64,000 nt of DNA from Squalus acanthias (Eukaryota): positions 1,614,001 through 1,678,000 of the forward strand of contig JASTWF010000033.1 in assembly GCA_030390025.1 (NCBI GenBank). Direction: 5' to 3'. Each line of letters starts with the position of its first letter. Position 1 is the stretch's first letter. The notes under the pieces were generated by a model. It did not search any database, had not been told where the DNA came from, and saw nothing but the letters and a program-made list of their open reading frames with translations. A program made the translations under genes and the position numbers. This document shows positions 14,576 to 27,298 of the stretch, in pieces.

Positions 14576-14744
14576 GCTGTAGGATGTAGTCATATTTTCC
14601 TATTGCCCTTGTGGATGTATTATAGGATAATGTCATACATCCTTTATCGCTAATAAAAGTTTGAGGTGTAGGGAAACACTGTAAAAACTTTTGATTATAA
14701 TTTTATTGAATCAAGTCAATCAGATACTAAAATATAACAATGCC

Positions 14745-14842
14745 AAAATACTGCGGATGCTGGAAATCTGAAATAACAACAGAAAATGCTGGAAACACTC
14801 AGCAGGCCAGGCAGCATCCGTGTAGAACAAAACAGATTTAAT
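14745..14842 (-). mobile_element. Short Penelope-type (pLTR-like) interspersed repeat fragment
   Basis: agaaaatgctggaaacactcagcaggccaggcagcatc is the reverse complement of the element at 62560-62660; related copies lie at ~48780 and ~50470. Confidence 0.55.
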
Positions 14843-15062
14843 CATGAAACATCACACCGTCCCTGAGTGTATACTGTTGATACAGTGGTTCTCATTTGTT
14901 CGGGAAGCCTTTGATGTTTTATGGCTTCCAATCTTTACTGCAAAGGCAACATTTTTCTCTTATCAACACGAGCAGTCGAAATTCCTGCTTCACACTCAGC
15001 CCTGCTGTGATAAAAACTTGTTTCTTTCTGTGTGTGTGTCTTTCTCTCGTGTGTTTTACGTA

Positions 15063-16608
15063 AGAGCATAAGAAATAGGAGCAGGAGTAGGGCAATCGGC
15101 CCCTCGAGCCTGTTCCGCCATTCAATAAGATCATGGCTGATCTGATCCTAATCTCAAATGTAAAGAACACAAGAAGTAGGAGCAGGACCCGGCCACTCAG
15201 CCCCTGGGCCCGCTCTGCCACCCACAGGGCCTTGACCGATCCGAACTCAGCCTCATGTCCAATTTCCTGCCCGCTCCCCGTAACCCCTAATTCCCTTCAC
15301 ATCTAGGAAACTATCTATTTCTGTTTTAAATTTATTTAATGATGTAGCTTCCTGGGGCAGCAAATTCCACAGACCTACTACCCTCTGAGTGAAGAAGTTT
15401 CTCCTCATCTCAGTTTTGAAAGAGCAGCCCCTTATTCTAAGATTATGCCCCCTAGTTCTAATTTCACCCATCCTTGGCAACATCCTTACCACATCCACCC
15501 GATCAAGCCCCTTCACAATCTTATATGTTTCAATAAGAATGCCTCTCATTCTTCTGAACTCCAATGAGTAGAGTCCCAATCTACTCAACCTCTCCTCATA
15601 TGTCCACCCCCTCATCCCCGGAATTAACCGAGTGAACCTTCTTTGTACTGCCTCGAGAGCAAGTATGTATTTTCTTCAGTATGGACATCAAAACTGTATG
15701 CAGTATTCCAGGTGCGGTCTCACCAATACCTTATATAACTGCAGCAATACCTCCCTGTTTTTATAATCTGTCCCCCTAGCAATAAAAGCCAACATTCCGT
15801 TGGCCTTCTTGATCACCTGCTGCACCTATATGCTAACTTTTTGATTTGCTTGCACTAGGACCCCCAGATCCCTTTGTACTGCAGTACTTTCCAGTTTCTC
15901 GCCATTAAGATAACAGCTTGCTCTCTGATTTTTCCTGCCAAAGTGTATAACCTCACATTTTCCAATATTGTATTGCATCTGCCCAATCTCCGCCCACTCA
16001 CCCAGCCTGTCTATATCCCCTTGTAGGTTTTTTATGTCCTCCTCACTTTCGACTTTCCCCCACATATTTGTATCATCTGCAAACTTTGATATGTTACACT
16101 CGGTCCCCTCCTCCAAATCGTTAATATATATATAATTGTAAAGAGTTGGGGACCCAGCACCGACCCCGGCGGAACACCACTGGCAACTGGTTGCCAGTCC
16201 GAGAATGAACCATTTATCCCAACTCTCTGCTTCCTGTTAGGTAACCAATCCTCCACCCGTGCCAGAATATGACCCCCAATCCAGTGATTTTTTATCTTGA
16301 GCAATAATATTTTATGTGGCACCTTGTCGAATGCCTTCTGGGAGTCTAAATACACTACGTCCACTGGTTCCCCTTTATCCACCCTGTACGTTATGTCCTC
16401 AAAGAACTCAAGCAAATTTGTCAGACATGACTTCCCCTTCATAAAGCTATGCTGACTTTGTCCTATTAAATTATGTTTATCTAAATGTTCCGTTACTGTG
16501 TCCTTAATAATAGACTCCAAATTTTTACCCACCACAGATGTTAGGCTAACTGGTCTATAATTTCCAGCCTTCTGCCTACTACCCTATTTAAATAAGGGTG
16601 TTACATTC
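15063..16608 (-). mobile_element. CR1-type LINE RT fragment with a duplicated 3' tail
   Basis: Peptides [29 protein letters not shown] and EMRRNFFTQRVV, plus two successive 3'-tail motifs at ~15063-15160 and ~15165-15255. Confidence 0.92.
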
Positions 16609-16614
16609 ATCTTA

Positions 16615-17885
16615 AATTTGCTCAATCCGGATGGACCACCCAGCATCGACGTCGGCACCAGCTACGGACACTGCAATGACACACCCAGCCCCGACGACCC
16701 TGCAAAGTCCTCCTCACCAACATCTGTGGAATTGTGCCATAATGTGGAGTGCTGTCCCACAGAATGGTTAAGCTACAGCCTGACATCGTCATACTCACAG
16801 TATCATACCTTTCAGCCAATGGCTCAAAATCCTCCATCACCATCCCTCTGTATATCCTGTCCCACCAGCAGGACAGACCCACCAGTGGTGGCGGCACTTT
16901 GGTATACAGTCGGGAGGGAATGACCTTGACTGTCCTCAACATTGACTCCGGACCCCATAAAAGTCTTGTTGCTTCAGGTCAAGCATGGTCAAGGAAACCG
17001 CCTGCTGTTTACCACCGACCGCCCTCCCTCAGCTGATGAATCAGTAATCCTCCATGTTTTAAAACCACTTGGAAGAAGCACTGAGAGTAGCAAGGGCACA
17101 GACTGTACTCTGGGTGGGGGACTTCAATGTGTATCACCAAGAGTGGCTCGGCAACACCACTACTGACCGAACTGGCCGAGGCCTGAAAGACATATCTGCC
17201 AGACTGGGCCTGCGGCAGGTGGTGAGAGAACCAACACGAGGGAAAAACATACACGATCTCATCCTCACCAATCTACCTGTCGCAGATGCAACTTTCCATG
17301 ACAGCATTGGTATCAGTGACCAACCCACAGTCATTGGGGAGACGAAGTCCCGTCTTCACACTGAGGACACCCTTCATCATGTTGTGTGGCGCTACCACCG
17401 TGCTAAATGGGACAGATTCAGAGCAGATCTAGCAGCTCAAAACTGGGCATCCATGAGGCACTGTGGGCCATCAGCAGCAGCAAAATTGTATTCAACCACA
17501 ATCTGTAACCTCATGGCCTGGCATATCCCTCAGTCTACCATTACCATCAAGCCAGGGGACCAACCTTGGTTCAATAAGGAGTGTAGAAGAGCATGCCAGG
17601 AGCAGCACCATGCGTAACTAAAAATGAGGTGCCAACCTGGCGAAACTGCAACACAGGACTACATTCATGCTGAAAAGCAGGAGCAGCATGCTATAGATAG
17701 GGCTAAGCGACCCCACAATCAACGATCAGATCAAAGCTCTGCAGTCCTGTCACATCCAGTCGTGAATTGTGGTGGACTATTAAACAACTAACTAGAGGAG
17801 GAGGCTCCATGAATATCCCCATCCTCAATGATGGCAGAGCACATCACATGAGTGGAAAAGACAAGGCTGATGCATTTACAAACAC
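16615..17885 (+). mobile_element. Non-LTR retrotransposon of a family distinct from the neighbouring CR1s: apurinic endonuclease (EEP) region, 3'-truncated
   Basis: Peptides GGGTLVY, WVGDFNVYHQEWLG, VREPTRGKNIHDLILTN, DSIGISDQ and QPWFN are APE-endonuclease motifs. Stops and frameshifts are present. Confidence 0.8.
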
Positions 17886-18392
17886 GTCTCCCCCTCTCTC
17901 CGCTCTCCCCTCTTCTCTCGCTCTTCCCCTCTTCTCTTTCCCCTCTCTCACTCCCCTCTCTCTCTACTCTCTCTCTTTCTCGACCCTCTCCCCACGCTCT
18001 CCCATCTCTCTCTCTCCCCTCTCTCTCTCTCCCCACGCTCTCTCTCTCTCCCCACGCTCTTTCTCTCTCCACGCTCTCTCTCTCCCCACGCACTCTCTCT
18101 CTCCCCACGCTCTCTCTCTCCCCACGCTCTCTCTCTCTCCCCACGCTCTCTCTCTCTCCCCACGCTCTCTCTCTCCCCACACTCTCTCTCTCCCCCCACA
18201 CTTTCTCTCCCCCCACGCTCTCTCTCTCCCCCCACGCTCTCTCTCTCTCCCCACACTATCTCTCTCTCACCACGCTCTCTCTCTCTCCCCACGCGCTCTC
18301 TCTCTCCCCACGCGCTCTCTCTCTCCCCACGCGCTCTCTCTCTCCCCACGCGCTCTCTCTCTCTCCCTCCCCCCTCTCTCTCCCTCCCCCCT
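17886..18392. repeat. Polypyrimidine compound microsatellite, (ct)n-ccccacg units
   Basis: Direct inspection: ctctctctccccacg repeated with variable CT length. Confidence 0.95.
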
Positions 18393-20068
18393 TTGTATCA
18401 GTCTCCACATTAGAAGACACTAACACCATCCCAATAATATATAATCAGTGGCTATATGGAGGGGGGAACTAAAAACAATCTCAATCACTAAACAAAAAGC
18501 ACTCGGTAAAATAATGGGCTTAAAGGTGGACAAGTCCCAGGGAACTGATGGTCTGCATCCGAGGGTTTTAAAAGTAGTGGCAGCAGAGATAGTGGATGCA
18601 CTGGTTGTAATCTACCAAAATTCCTTTGATTCTGGAGAGGTTCCAGTGGATTGGAAAACCGCAAATGTAACGCCCCTATTTAAGAAGGGAGGGAGACAGA
18701 TAGCAGGCAAATATATATCAGTTAGTCCAACAACTATCATTGGGAAAATGCTTTTGTCCATCAATAAGAATGCAGTAGCAGGACATTTAGAAAATCATAA
18801 TACAGTCAAGCAGAGTCAGCATGGTTTTATGAAAGGGAAATCATGTTTGACAAATTTGCAGGACGTCTTTGAGGATGTAACGAGCAGGGTGGATAAAGGG
18901 GAAACAGTGGATGTTGTGTATTTGGATTTCCAGAAGGCATTCGATAAGTTGCCATATAAAAGGTTACTGCACAAGATAAGAGCTCACGGGGTTGGGTCTT
19001 ATATATTAGCATGGATAGAGGACTGGCTGACGGTAACTAGTGGGAGGCAACAGGGATCAATGCTTGGGCCTCAACTATTTACAATCTATATTAATGACTT
19101 GAATAAAGGGACCGTGTGTAATGTAGACTAATTTGCTGATGATGCAAAGATAGCTGGGAAAGCAAGTTGTGAAGAGGACACAATTAATTTGAAAAGGGAT
19201 ATAGACAGGCTACGTGAGTGGGCAAACATTTGGCAGATGGAGTATAAGAAGGGTAAGTTTGAGGTTATCCACTTTGATAAGAAAAAAATAAAAAATATTG
19301 TTATTCAAATGGAGAGAGATTACAAAATTCTGCAGTACAGAGGGACCTGGAGGACCTTGTGCATGAAACACAAAAAGTTAGCATGCAGGTACAGCAAGTA
19401 ATCAGGAACGCAAGTGGAATGTTGTCCTTTAGTGCAAGGGGGTTGGAGTATAAAAGCAGGGAAGCCCTGCTACATCTGTACAGGGTATTGGTGAAACCAC
19501 ACCTGGAGTACTGTGTACAGTTGTGGTCTCCTTATTTAAGGAGGGATATACTTGCATTGGCGGCAGTTCAGAGAATGTTCACGAGGTTGATTCCTGAGAT
19601 GAAGGGATTGACTTATGAAGAAAGTTTGAGCAGGTTGGGCCTATACTCATTGGAGTTTTGAAGAATGATATGTGATCATATTGAAATATATAAGATTCTG
19701 AGGGGGCTCGACAAGGTAGATGCAGAGAAGATGTTTCCCCTCACGTGGGAATCTAGAACTAGCGGCCATAGTTTCAGAATTAGGGGTCGCCCATTTAAAA
19801 CTGAGATGAGGAGGAATTTCTTCTCTGAGGGTCATAAGTCAGTGGAATTCTCTGCCCTAGAGAGCCGTGGAGGCTGGGTCATTGAATATATTTAAGGTGG
19901 AGATAGACAGATTTTTGAACAATAAGGGAGTGATGGGTTGTGGGGAGCGGGCTGGGAAATGGAGCTGAGCCCAAGATCAGATCAGCCATGATCTCATTAA
20001 ATGGCGGAGCAGGCTCGAGGGGCCAAATGACCTGCTCCTGCTCCTATTTCGTATGTTCTTATGTTCTT
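18393..20068 (+). mobile_element. CR1-type LINE RT fragment with 3' tail
   Basis: Peptides DWKTANVTPLFKKG, QHGFMKGKSCLTNL and LDFQKAFDK. Tail ggctcgaggggcc...ctcctgctcctatttcgtatgttcttatg. Contains premature stops. Confidence 0.92.
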
Positions 20069-20229
20069 TAAACCACATCTTATCTCTGATTTCCAGAAGG
20101 TTTTTTTAATTAATTAATCAAAGGCCCAAGCTCTTGGCAGCAGCAATTCATCAGATAAGGTGGCCCTTTCACTCAATCAGCCATGCTTTGTGCATTTGCT
20201 GGACAGAAGTTCTCATATTGAAAGTACAC

Positions 20230-21260
20230 TTTGATGGTTTGCCATGGTTTCTCTTAATGCAGTGAACAGAAAAGGCACCGCAGAAAATCTCCAGATTCAC
20301 CAGTGTAATATTCGAATCAAAATGGCTATCGATGTGTAGCTATTTGTTCTTGGTGTATGAATGGCCTCCACTAGTGGCAACAGATTATTTTCTCTTCTGT
20401 AATTTTGAAATAAAAATACCTTTGCATTTTCTGTTGCATCTACACCACTTCTGGTTTTAACTTTTTCAATTATACATAGCTTTTATTTAATTTTTGGTTC
20501 CTGGGTTGGGGGCGATGCTGACAAATTTCAATTTATTGTCACTCCCTTGGTGCCTCGAGGGCTTTAATATTCAAAGCTAATGGCGGCTGGAATACAAATG
20601 AAAGGAAGCGATGGTTGAGTTTTACAAAACCTTGGCCAGACCCCATTTGGGGAACTGCATTTAATTTTGTGCATCGACCCTCAGGAAATGTATATATGGC
20701 CCTGGAGGAGGAACAGCCCAGATTCACCAGAATGATACAAGGGCTTATAGGGTTAAGTTATGATGACAGGTTGCATAAACCCTATGCATTTGCTTTACGG
20801 AGGTTCTCATGTTAAAGAAGCCACGATGATAGTTGTCCAAGTATTCTAGTAAAACTGTAATTAGAAAAGGCAAAGCAGAAAATTACGAGACATACGTGGT
20901 GTAAGATTGAAATCAAAATGCTCATCCATGTATATTAGTTGTCGTTGATGTTTGAACTGCCTCTACTATTTTCCCGATAATGTGATGTATTTGGTAATAA
21001 TTAAATAAAAAAATCTTAACTTCTTATGTTTCATCTGCACCACGTCATGTTCACTTTTCAATTATTAATTCAGTTTGTTCAATTGTTGCTCCTTGGTTTG
21101 TGGGCAGCTCTGACAAGGCATAATTGTTTTCCCAATCCCAAGGTGTCCTGAGGGGATTCTACATAAAATCTGAAGAGAGCTCAAATATGAACAGGAGGAA
21201 ATAAGGCTTCAGTTATACAGAGCCTTGCTCAGACCCCGTATGGAGCACCGTGTTGAATTG
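20230..21260 (+). repeat. Old diverged tandem duplication, period ~600 bp
   Basis: gaaaaggca..gcagaaaat..aatcaaaatg at ~20269 recurs at ~20866 with colinear downstream similarity. Confidence 0.6.
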
Positions 21261-22524
21261 AAAAGAAAGTCCAGGGCTCGACAAAAAGGCTGCCGATTCA
21301 CTATCGCCCGTTTTACTGTCCCGCCCAGGAACAATTTCATCCTTACGTGTTTATTCTATCTCCTTTTTTTTTGGCTTTAGCATCAACTAATTATATTTGT
21401 TAATGACGCTGATTTATTAATTTATAGTCTGTGCAGCACAATGCAGAATTGTCACAGGAAGCAGGACGCGAAGAAGTTGCGTTTATGCAGACTATTTAAA
21501 ATGTTATAGAGAGAAAATCAAGGATTGGGGCTCTCACATGGGGAAAAGATAAACCTGAAATAAACATGAACTAAGTTCAAAATAACATCATTTTGTTTAA
21601 ATTTTATAATAAACTTCATTTTATCACAATGGAGAAATTTGACACTCCACAAAATTAAAAATATTTATTCAGGGCCTTAACGCTTGTTTAGCAGTCAATT
21701 TGCTGTTAAAACCCCAGTTACACCGAATCCATTTAACGGGGTATTTAACAGCGATATTGCCGGGAAAAGCCCGAGTTTGGTCAGTTTCACTGATTTCCCT
21801 GATTCCACTGATTGCCGGCTATGGGGGTGGGGGCGGGGGCACAGCGCAGCCAGAGTCGGAACAGTGAATGACTGACCGCAACTTCAGGATTTCCGTGTTT
21901 CGATGCCCATGCGCTACTTCCTAAAGTTGCGGTCAGCTTCAGAGGGGTAATAACAGCGAATGTTGTTTGTTCGCCGTCATTAACCACCGCAAATTCCAGG
22001 CTTTAAAAAAGTTAACATTGTAATGCGCGCAGTATCCATCAGCCGAGTGGTAAGTTACTCCTCATATACACCTCATAAAGAAGGTTACACTAAGAATAAC
22101 TTGTATTTCAGCAGTAGGACTGCAGGAATCAGTAAACTACCCGGAGATGGTCTCTGTAAAGGGGAACTCGCGGTATTGCCGACTGGTGTTGTATCTTTTC
22201 CCAATTACAGTCCATTACATAGAATCACAGTCCGTCCGGCCGAAATCCATGAACACAGACAGCAATAAAACCCAATAAACGGTTGTCACGGGGGTTGTTC
22301 AATGTCAGTTTAATTTGATTTAAATGTGTGATTACAGTAAAGGATTTTCCACACACGGCAGCTGCTCCAAGTTTACAAACACACCTTGCATCAAATTCAA
22401 TCTCAATCAAATCAGCTCGGTTTGCCTTAAAAACAACAGGATTACAGAGACTGGGTGGTGAGGGGCTGGGATACCGTGTGAAACAACATTGTAGCCTACG
22501 GGTGAAAATCTCCCGTTTTCCTCG

Positions 22525-23426
22525 TTATTTTATAATCTTAGAAAGTACAGTGAAGGGAAATTTCACCCCATTCTTCAGCTCCTCTCTGAACTGACTCTGG
22601 GTCACGGCATAAATAAAAGTGTTTGTGCAGCAACTCAGGAGCTGGAGCATAAACCCAATTTCTCGTACAATATTGGGGAGCTCAGCAATAGGGAACTCGC
22701 TCACCAGAACAATTCTAGTATACATCGTATTGAGCAGGAGCACAGCCCATAGAAGGATAAAATTCCCCGAGATCACAAAAAGTACAGTAATTGATTTTCT
22801 TCTGTTTTTTGTCTCTGGATCGCTGGGACTCTCCCCACTGACCCGGTCCCGAAGTCTCTTCCGAATTCTGATGGCCACTAAAATGTGTTTGACAGTTAAA
22901 ACATTGAGCATCAGAATTAGAATAAATGGTACACACGGGGTGAAAATATAATGTAGAAATTCAATTGCTGTCCATACTGGTGAAAACATAACACTGTAGG
23001 TCATAGCGCAGAACCAGGGAACTCTCATTAGCATATAGTTGCCTGTAACCATAAAGTACCAGAAAATGTTCTTCACACAGAACAACACAGTCATTGTTCC
23101 AATAACCACCGCCGCCGTTTTCTCGGTGCAATATTTGTTTTTTAGCTTCTGGCAACAAATGGCCACAAATCGATCAAAGGTGAAAGAGACGGTGAACCAG
23201 ACAGAACAGTCTGTGGCTGCATAAAGTAGGACGGCGTGAATGTTACACACGGGAATGTCGAACAGAAAGTAAAACCTCGTATAATAAACAATGGGGATGC
23301 GCCTCATTATGAGATCGATGATAACGACCAGTAGATCCGCCGCTGCCATGGCCACCAGGTACCGAGTGACACATTTGGAGAGACCACACTTTCCCCGAGA
23401 CAGGATCACAATCGTCATTAAGTTAA
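22525..23426 (-). CDS. Rhodopsin-class GPCR, GPR139/GPR142-like; exon 2 (end of TM1 to C-terminus)
   Basis: Acceptor ccccttccttacag|TT at 23427/23426 with an open frame to the stop at 22525. Motifs NLMTIVILSRGKCGLS, MAAADLL (TM2), FTFDRFVAIC (DRY variant), ILLW (TM6) and CCTNTFIY (NPxxY variant). Confidence 0.9.
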
Positions 23427-23794
23427 CTGTAAGGAAGGGGGGCAAGGGAAATTACACATCAGGATGGGAGCAGAAATATCAGTGTCGTGGATCAATGGAT
23501 GTAATTTACTGAGAGCTCACAACATCCCGTTTTGGAATCCGATGTCACAGAACTTCATGTTAGAGCTAAGACTTCAACTTAACTGTCAGTAATGATTTGT
23601 GAAGTCAAGGTCTGAGCAAATTGGATAAATAAACATGAAAATAACACGGTTATATTTATTCAGAAATGTCCAACAATAGAATGTGGTTTGCACTAATGAA
23701 CAAAGAGTAAGCACACTGACTGGTGCCAACAAAACCTGATGGTGCTGACAAAACGTCCCACGGTCGAATCCTGGCCTAGTCAGTTACAATTGGA

Positions 23795-24135
23795 ATCAAT
23801 GACCCTGTGATATGGTGGGGTTGATCCCTCTGGTTCCAGCTCCTAAGCAGTGACTCTGGGATGTGTTGAGGGTATAACCACTTTGGCCCTGCTCCTGACC
23901 AGTGACTATGGGATGTGCTGAGGGTGTAACCCCCTTGGCCCTGCTCCTGAACAGTGATACTGAGATGTGCTGAGTGTGTAAACCCCTTGGCCCTGCTCCT
24001 GATCAGTGACTCTGGGATGTACTGAGGTTGAAACTCCCATTGGTCCTGCTCCTGATCACTGCCCCTGAGATATGCTGCGTATGTAATCCCCTTACTCCTG
24101 ATGCTGATCAGAGACCCTGGGTATTGTTGGGATGT
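23795..24135. repeat. Intronic minisatellite, ~52-bp degenerate units (~6)
   Basis: cctgctcctga..cagtgac..tgggatgt recurs at ~52-bp spacing (23887, 23939, 23991, 24044). Confidence 0.85.
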
Positions 24136-24139
24136 CACA

Positions 24140-24790
24140 TATGAACTTAGGAGCAGGAGTGTGCCATTCAGCCCATCGAGCCTGTTCCGCCATTTAATGA
24201 GATCTGGGCTATCTGTATCCAAACTCCATTCATCTGCTTCGTGTCTGTATAACTTAATACCCAACAAATGCTCAGTTTAGCTGAATCACTTCCCAAAACA
24301 GATGTTAGACTATCTAATCTTTAATTTCCTGGTATCTCTCTCTCACCTTTCCTAAATAACAATTGCATTTGTAATTTTGCAACCTAATGGGAAATATTAA
24401 TGACTCGAGAGAGCTTCGGAAGATTACGGCTAAACCATCTGCAATTTCCTCACTACTTTCTTTATAACCCTGGGGTGGAAACCAGCTGGTTCTCGGGATT
24501 ATCAGTCTTCAGTGCAATTATATTTGCTGATACTGTTTTCTTGCTTACGTTACCCCGACTACTTTTTCTCTTATATAATTGTAAAAAACCTTTTGCGTTG
24601 CTCTTGAAATCCATCGCAATTTTCTTTTCGTATTCCCTCTTTCCAGCTCTTAATATCTGTGTTGTCTTCCTTTGCTGTTCTGTCTATCTCTGGCAGCCCT
24701 CTCGATCTACACTATTATTTTCACTTTTGTATGTTCTTTCCATTAGCTTTATGTTATCTCTCACCTCTTCTGTTGACCATTGTTCACATG
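24140..24790 (-). mobile_element. Decayed CR1-type fragments inside the GPCR intron
   Basis: CR1 3' tail motif (aggagcaggagtgtgccattcagcccatcgagcctgttccgcc) at ~24148-24200 followed by degenerate LINE-like sequence. Confidence 0.6.
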
Positions 24791-24792
24791 AG

Positions 24793-25048
24793 ACCTGCTC
24801 CTAATCAGTGACTCTGGGATATGGTGGGGTATGCGCCTTGGTCCTGCTCCTGATCAGTGACCCTGGGATATGGTGGGGTAATCGCCTTGGTCCTGCTCCT
24901 GATCAGTGACCCTGTGATATGGTGGGTTATACGCCTTGGTCCTGCTCCTGATCAGTGACCCTGTGATATGGTGGGTTATACGCCTTGGTCGTGCTCCTGA
25001 TCAGTGACCCTGTGATATGGCGGGGTATACGCCTTGGTCCTGCTCCTG
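24793..25048. repeat. Intronic minisatellite, 49-bp units (~5), related to the 52-bp array
   Basis: Unit gtcctgctcctgatcagtgaccctgtgatatggtgggttatacgccttg. Confidence 0.9.
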
Positions 25049-26124
25049 TACATTGTGTAATGACTTCTGCTGGAAAGTGTCTGTTTGAATGTTTGACGAG
25101 TAAAAGGATTGTTCAGCCACGTTATGTGCCATGGCAGAATTATATTTTACACCTGCTGCCTCGCCTCAAACTTAATGAACGGTAATTTCAGAGTGGTCCC
25201 TGGTACCGAAACCTAGCAAGGGCCTGTATAAACCCGGAGTTTAAACTAACCCGACCAGCGGGAATGGGGTGTATTCAAGTCGGACACCTGTTTTACTCAC
25301 CGTCCAATGGTCCGCAACATTGAAGTCAATGCATAGCGAAATCGGGCGGGCTGTAAAACGGGTGTCCGGCCCGAACTCGCCTGGTTCCCGCCGGGCGGGA
25401 TAGCTTCAAATGATAGCTGAAATTAGATACAGAGGCAGAGAACAAGAGTGACCTAAAATCATCAATGAGATATTTCAAAATTATCATCAGCCGTGAGATG
25501 GGTCTGAACTCGAGACAGCGTAAATCACTCTTAGAGGATATACTTCTAACTGAAGAGGAGAACAGTACAAGGAGCAGAGGAAGACACCGGGTCATGAGGA
25601 GAGAGTGGGTCTGGGGAGTCGTTTTTGAAATACTGCAGCAAACAGCTGAGACTGAGAGAAGGCTGAACCGTCTCCTTCTGGGCAGGAAACATCTGGCGTG
25701 TGAAAGGGCAGTTGAAAAATAGACCAAAGGAGAATCATCTGTAATCATGTGTGGCACATGAGATAGCTGTCTTGTGAAAACTCATCAAGGTCACAATACC
25801 TTCTGGAGAGGAAGAGAGAGAAACTTTGAAAAAAATCAGTATTGGCAATAACAACGGAATATTCTCTTTTGCTCCCGGATAAAAATGGTCAATAGCGGAT
25901 TGGCTGAGTATTGCACACTGCCCGATATCAATCATTGATTACTGGCGCAACTTTTAAATTTCAGCAAAGAAGTAAACGAGACAATATCGAATGGGCCAAT
26001 GTTTCTAAAACCCCACTCGGTTTCGCTATCCATTAAAATCAATGTAAAGGAAATTCGTGAGAGGTGTATAATGGGAGGCCAGTGTTACATCAGCGATCTT
26101 ACACTATTACCAATACAAAATGTA

Positions 26125-26169
26125 CTACCTGTCTGTCTATCTGTCAGTATATCTATCCACTGTCTGTCC

Positions 26170-26254
<85 letters not shown>

Positions 26255-26283
26255 CCTATCTATCTATCTATCTGTCTGTCTGT

Positions 26284-26316
<33 letters not shown>

Positions 26317-26395
26317 CATCTGTCTGTCTATCTGTCTGTCTGTCTATCTATCAATCTATCTATCTATCTGGCTATCTATCTATCAATCTATCTAA
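26125..26395. repeat. (TCTA)n/(TCTG)n (GATA/GACA) microsatellite
   Basis: Direct inspection; it explains the IYLS-repeat ORFs. Confidence 0.97.
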
Positions 26396-27298
26396 TTATT
26401 TTGTGATGGGAGAATTCCCATTCGTATTTCAAAGCTATTCGGATGGGCAGCCACTATAAAGGGGCTGATGATGTAACTAACGATTCGATCTGCCACCTTG
26501 AGTTTGAGAAAGAATCTGAATGGAAGTGAAACAATGCTAACCTGGCGCTGTCCACATGTGAGTGAGAACTGAATAAGTTTCAAATTGATAGAGGGAATAC
26601 AAAACGATAAAATGAAAAAGGAATCTACAATGCACCTTACTCCATTTACAATCAATTGGAATTAAAATCAGTTGGAATTATTTATCGCCAATTGCAACTC
26701 TGTATCATTAATTTTACCCAACAGATATAAAAAATATCCTTGAAGCCATGAACATATTCCTGATTGGATTTGATTCGATCTTCACTGTTTAACAATCAAT
26801 CACCGCCTGTCCGGAGCACACACAGATAATCGGGGCGGGGAACAGAACCCTCACCAATAATAGAACCCGCCAGATTCACCTTCCTTTAAAATCAATGGAA
26901 CGACTGTGGCTGGTGTTGTGAATCCTTCTCGCCCACTTCTTGTTCCACCGGCCTCCTCAGTCGCTGTTTAACGCCCAGAGGGTAAAGTGTAAAATCTACT
27001 CCCAGACTCAGACCGGACTGCAGATTGTAAGATATTCATTCAATAAATCACCCAGTGACACTGTCGGGGAACAAGTTACTTTCAGACACAAAGCAAGAGG
27101 AATAAACTGAATACAATGAATTTTTGGATATGCAGATTTGCATAATGAACACAGTGTTTACAGTTAAATATCGTTTACAGTATGAAATAGGGATATGGTC
27201 ACTTACAAGGAACACCGGCAGCATCTGGGATTTGACAGTTACAGGCAGGAATACAATTAAAATGGTTACAGGATTAACTGCTGGAGATAGAGACTTAC

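Noticed and set aside
17767..18472. Pro/Ser/Leu-rich and Gly/Glu/Arg-rich ORFs
   Set aside because: Translations of the CT-rich microsatellite
21270..22000. GC-richer patches resembling non-autonomous DNA-transposon (MITE) fragments, also at ~25180-25420 and ~26810-27000
   Set aside because: Could not define paired terminal inverted repeats or a family by eye
23427..23445. ORF-track N-terminus MPPFLT for the GPCR
   Set aside because: This is the intron polypyrimidine tract and acceptor, read from a non-ATG start; the true N-terminus is exon 1 at 27299-27368
25999..26459. Hydrophobic IYLS-repeat ORFs
   Set aside because: Translations of the (TCTA)n microsatellite
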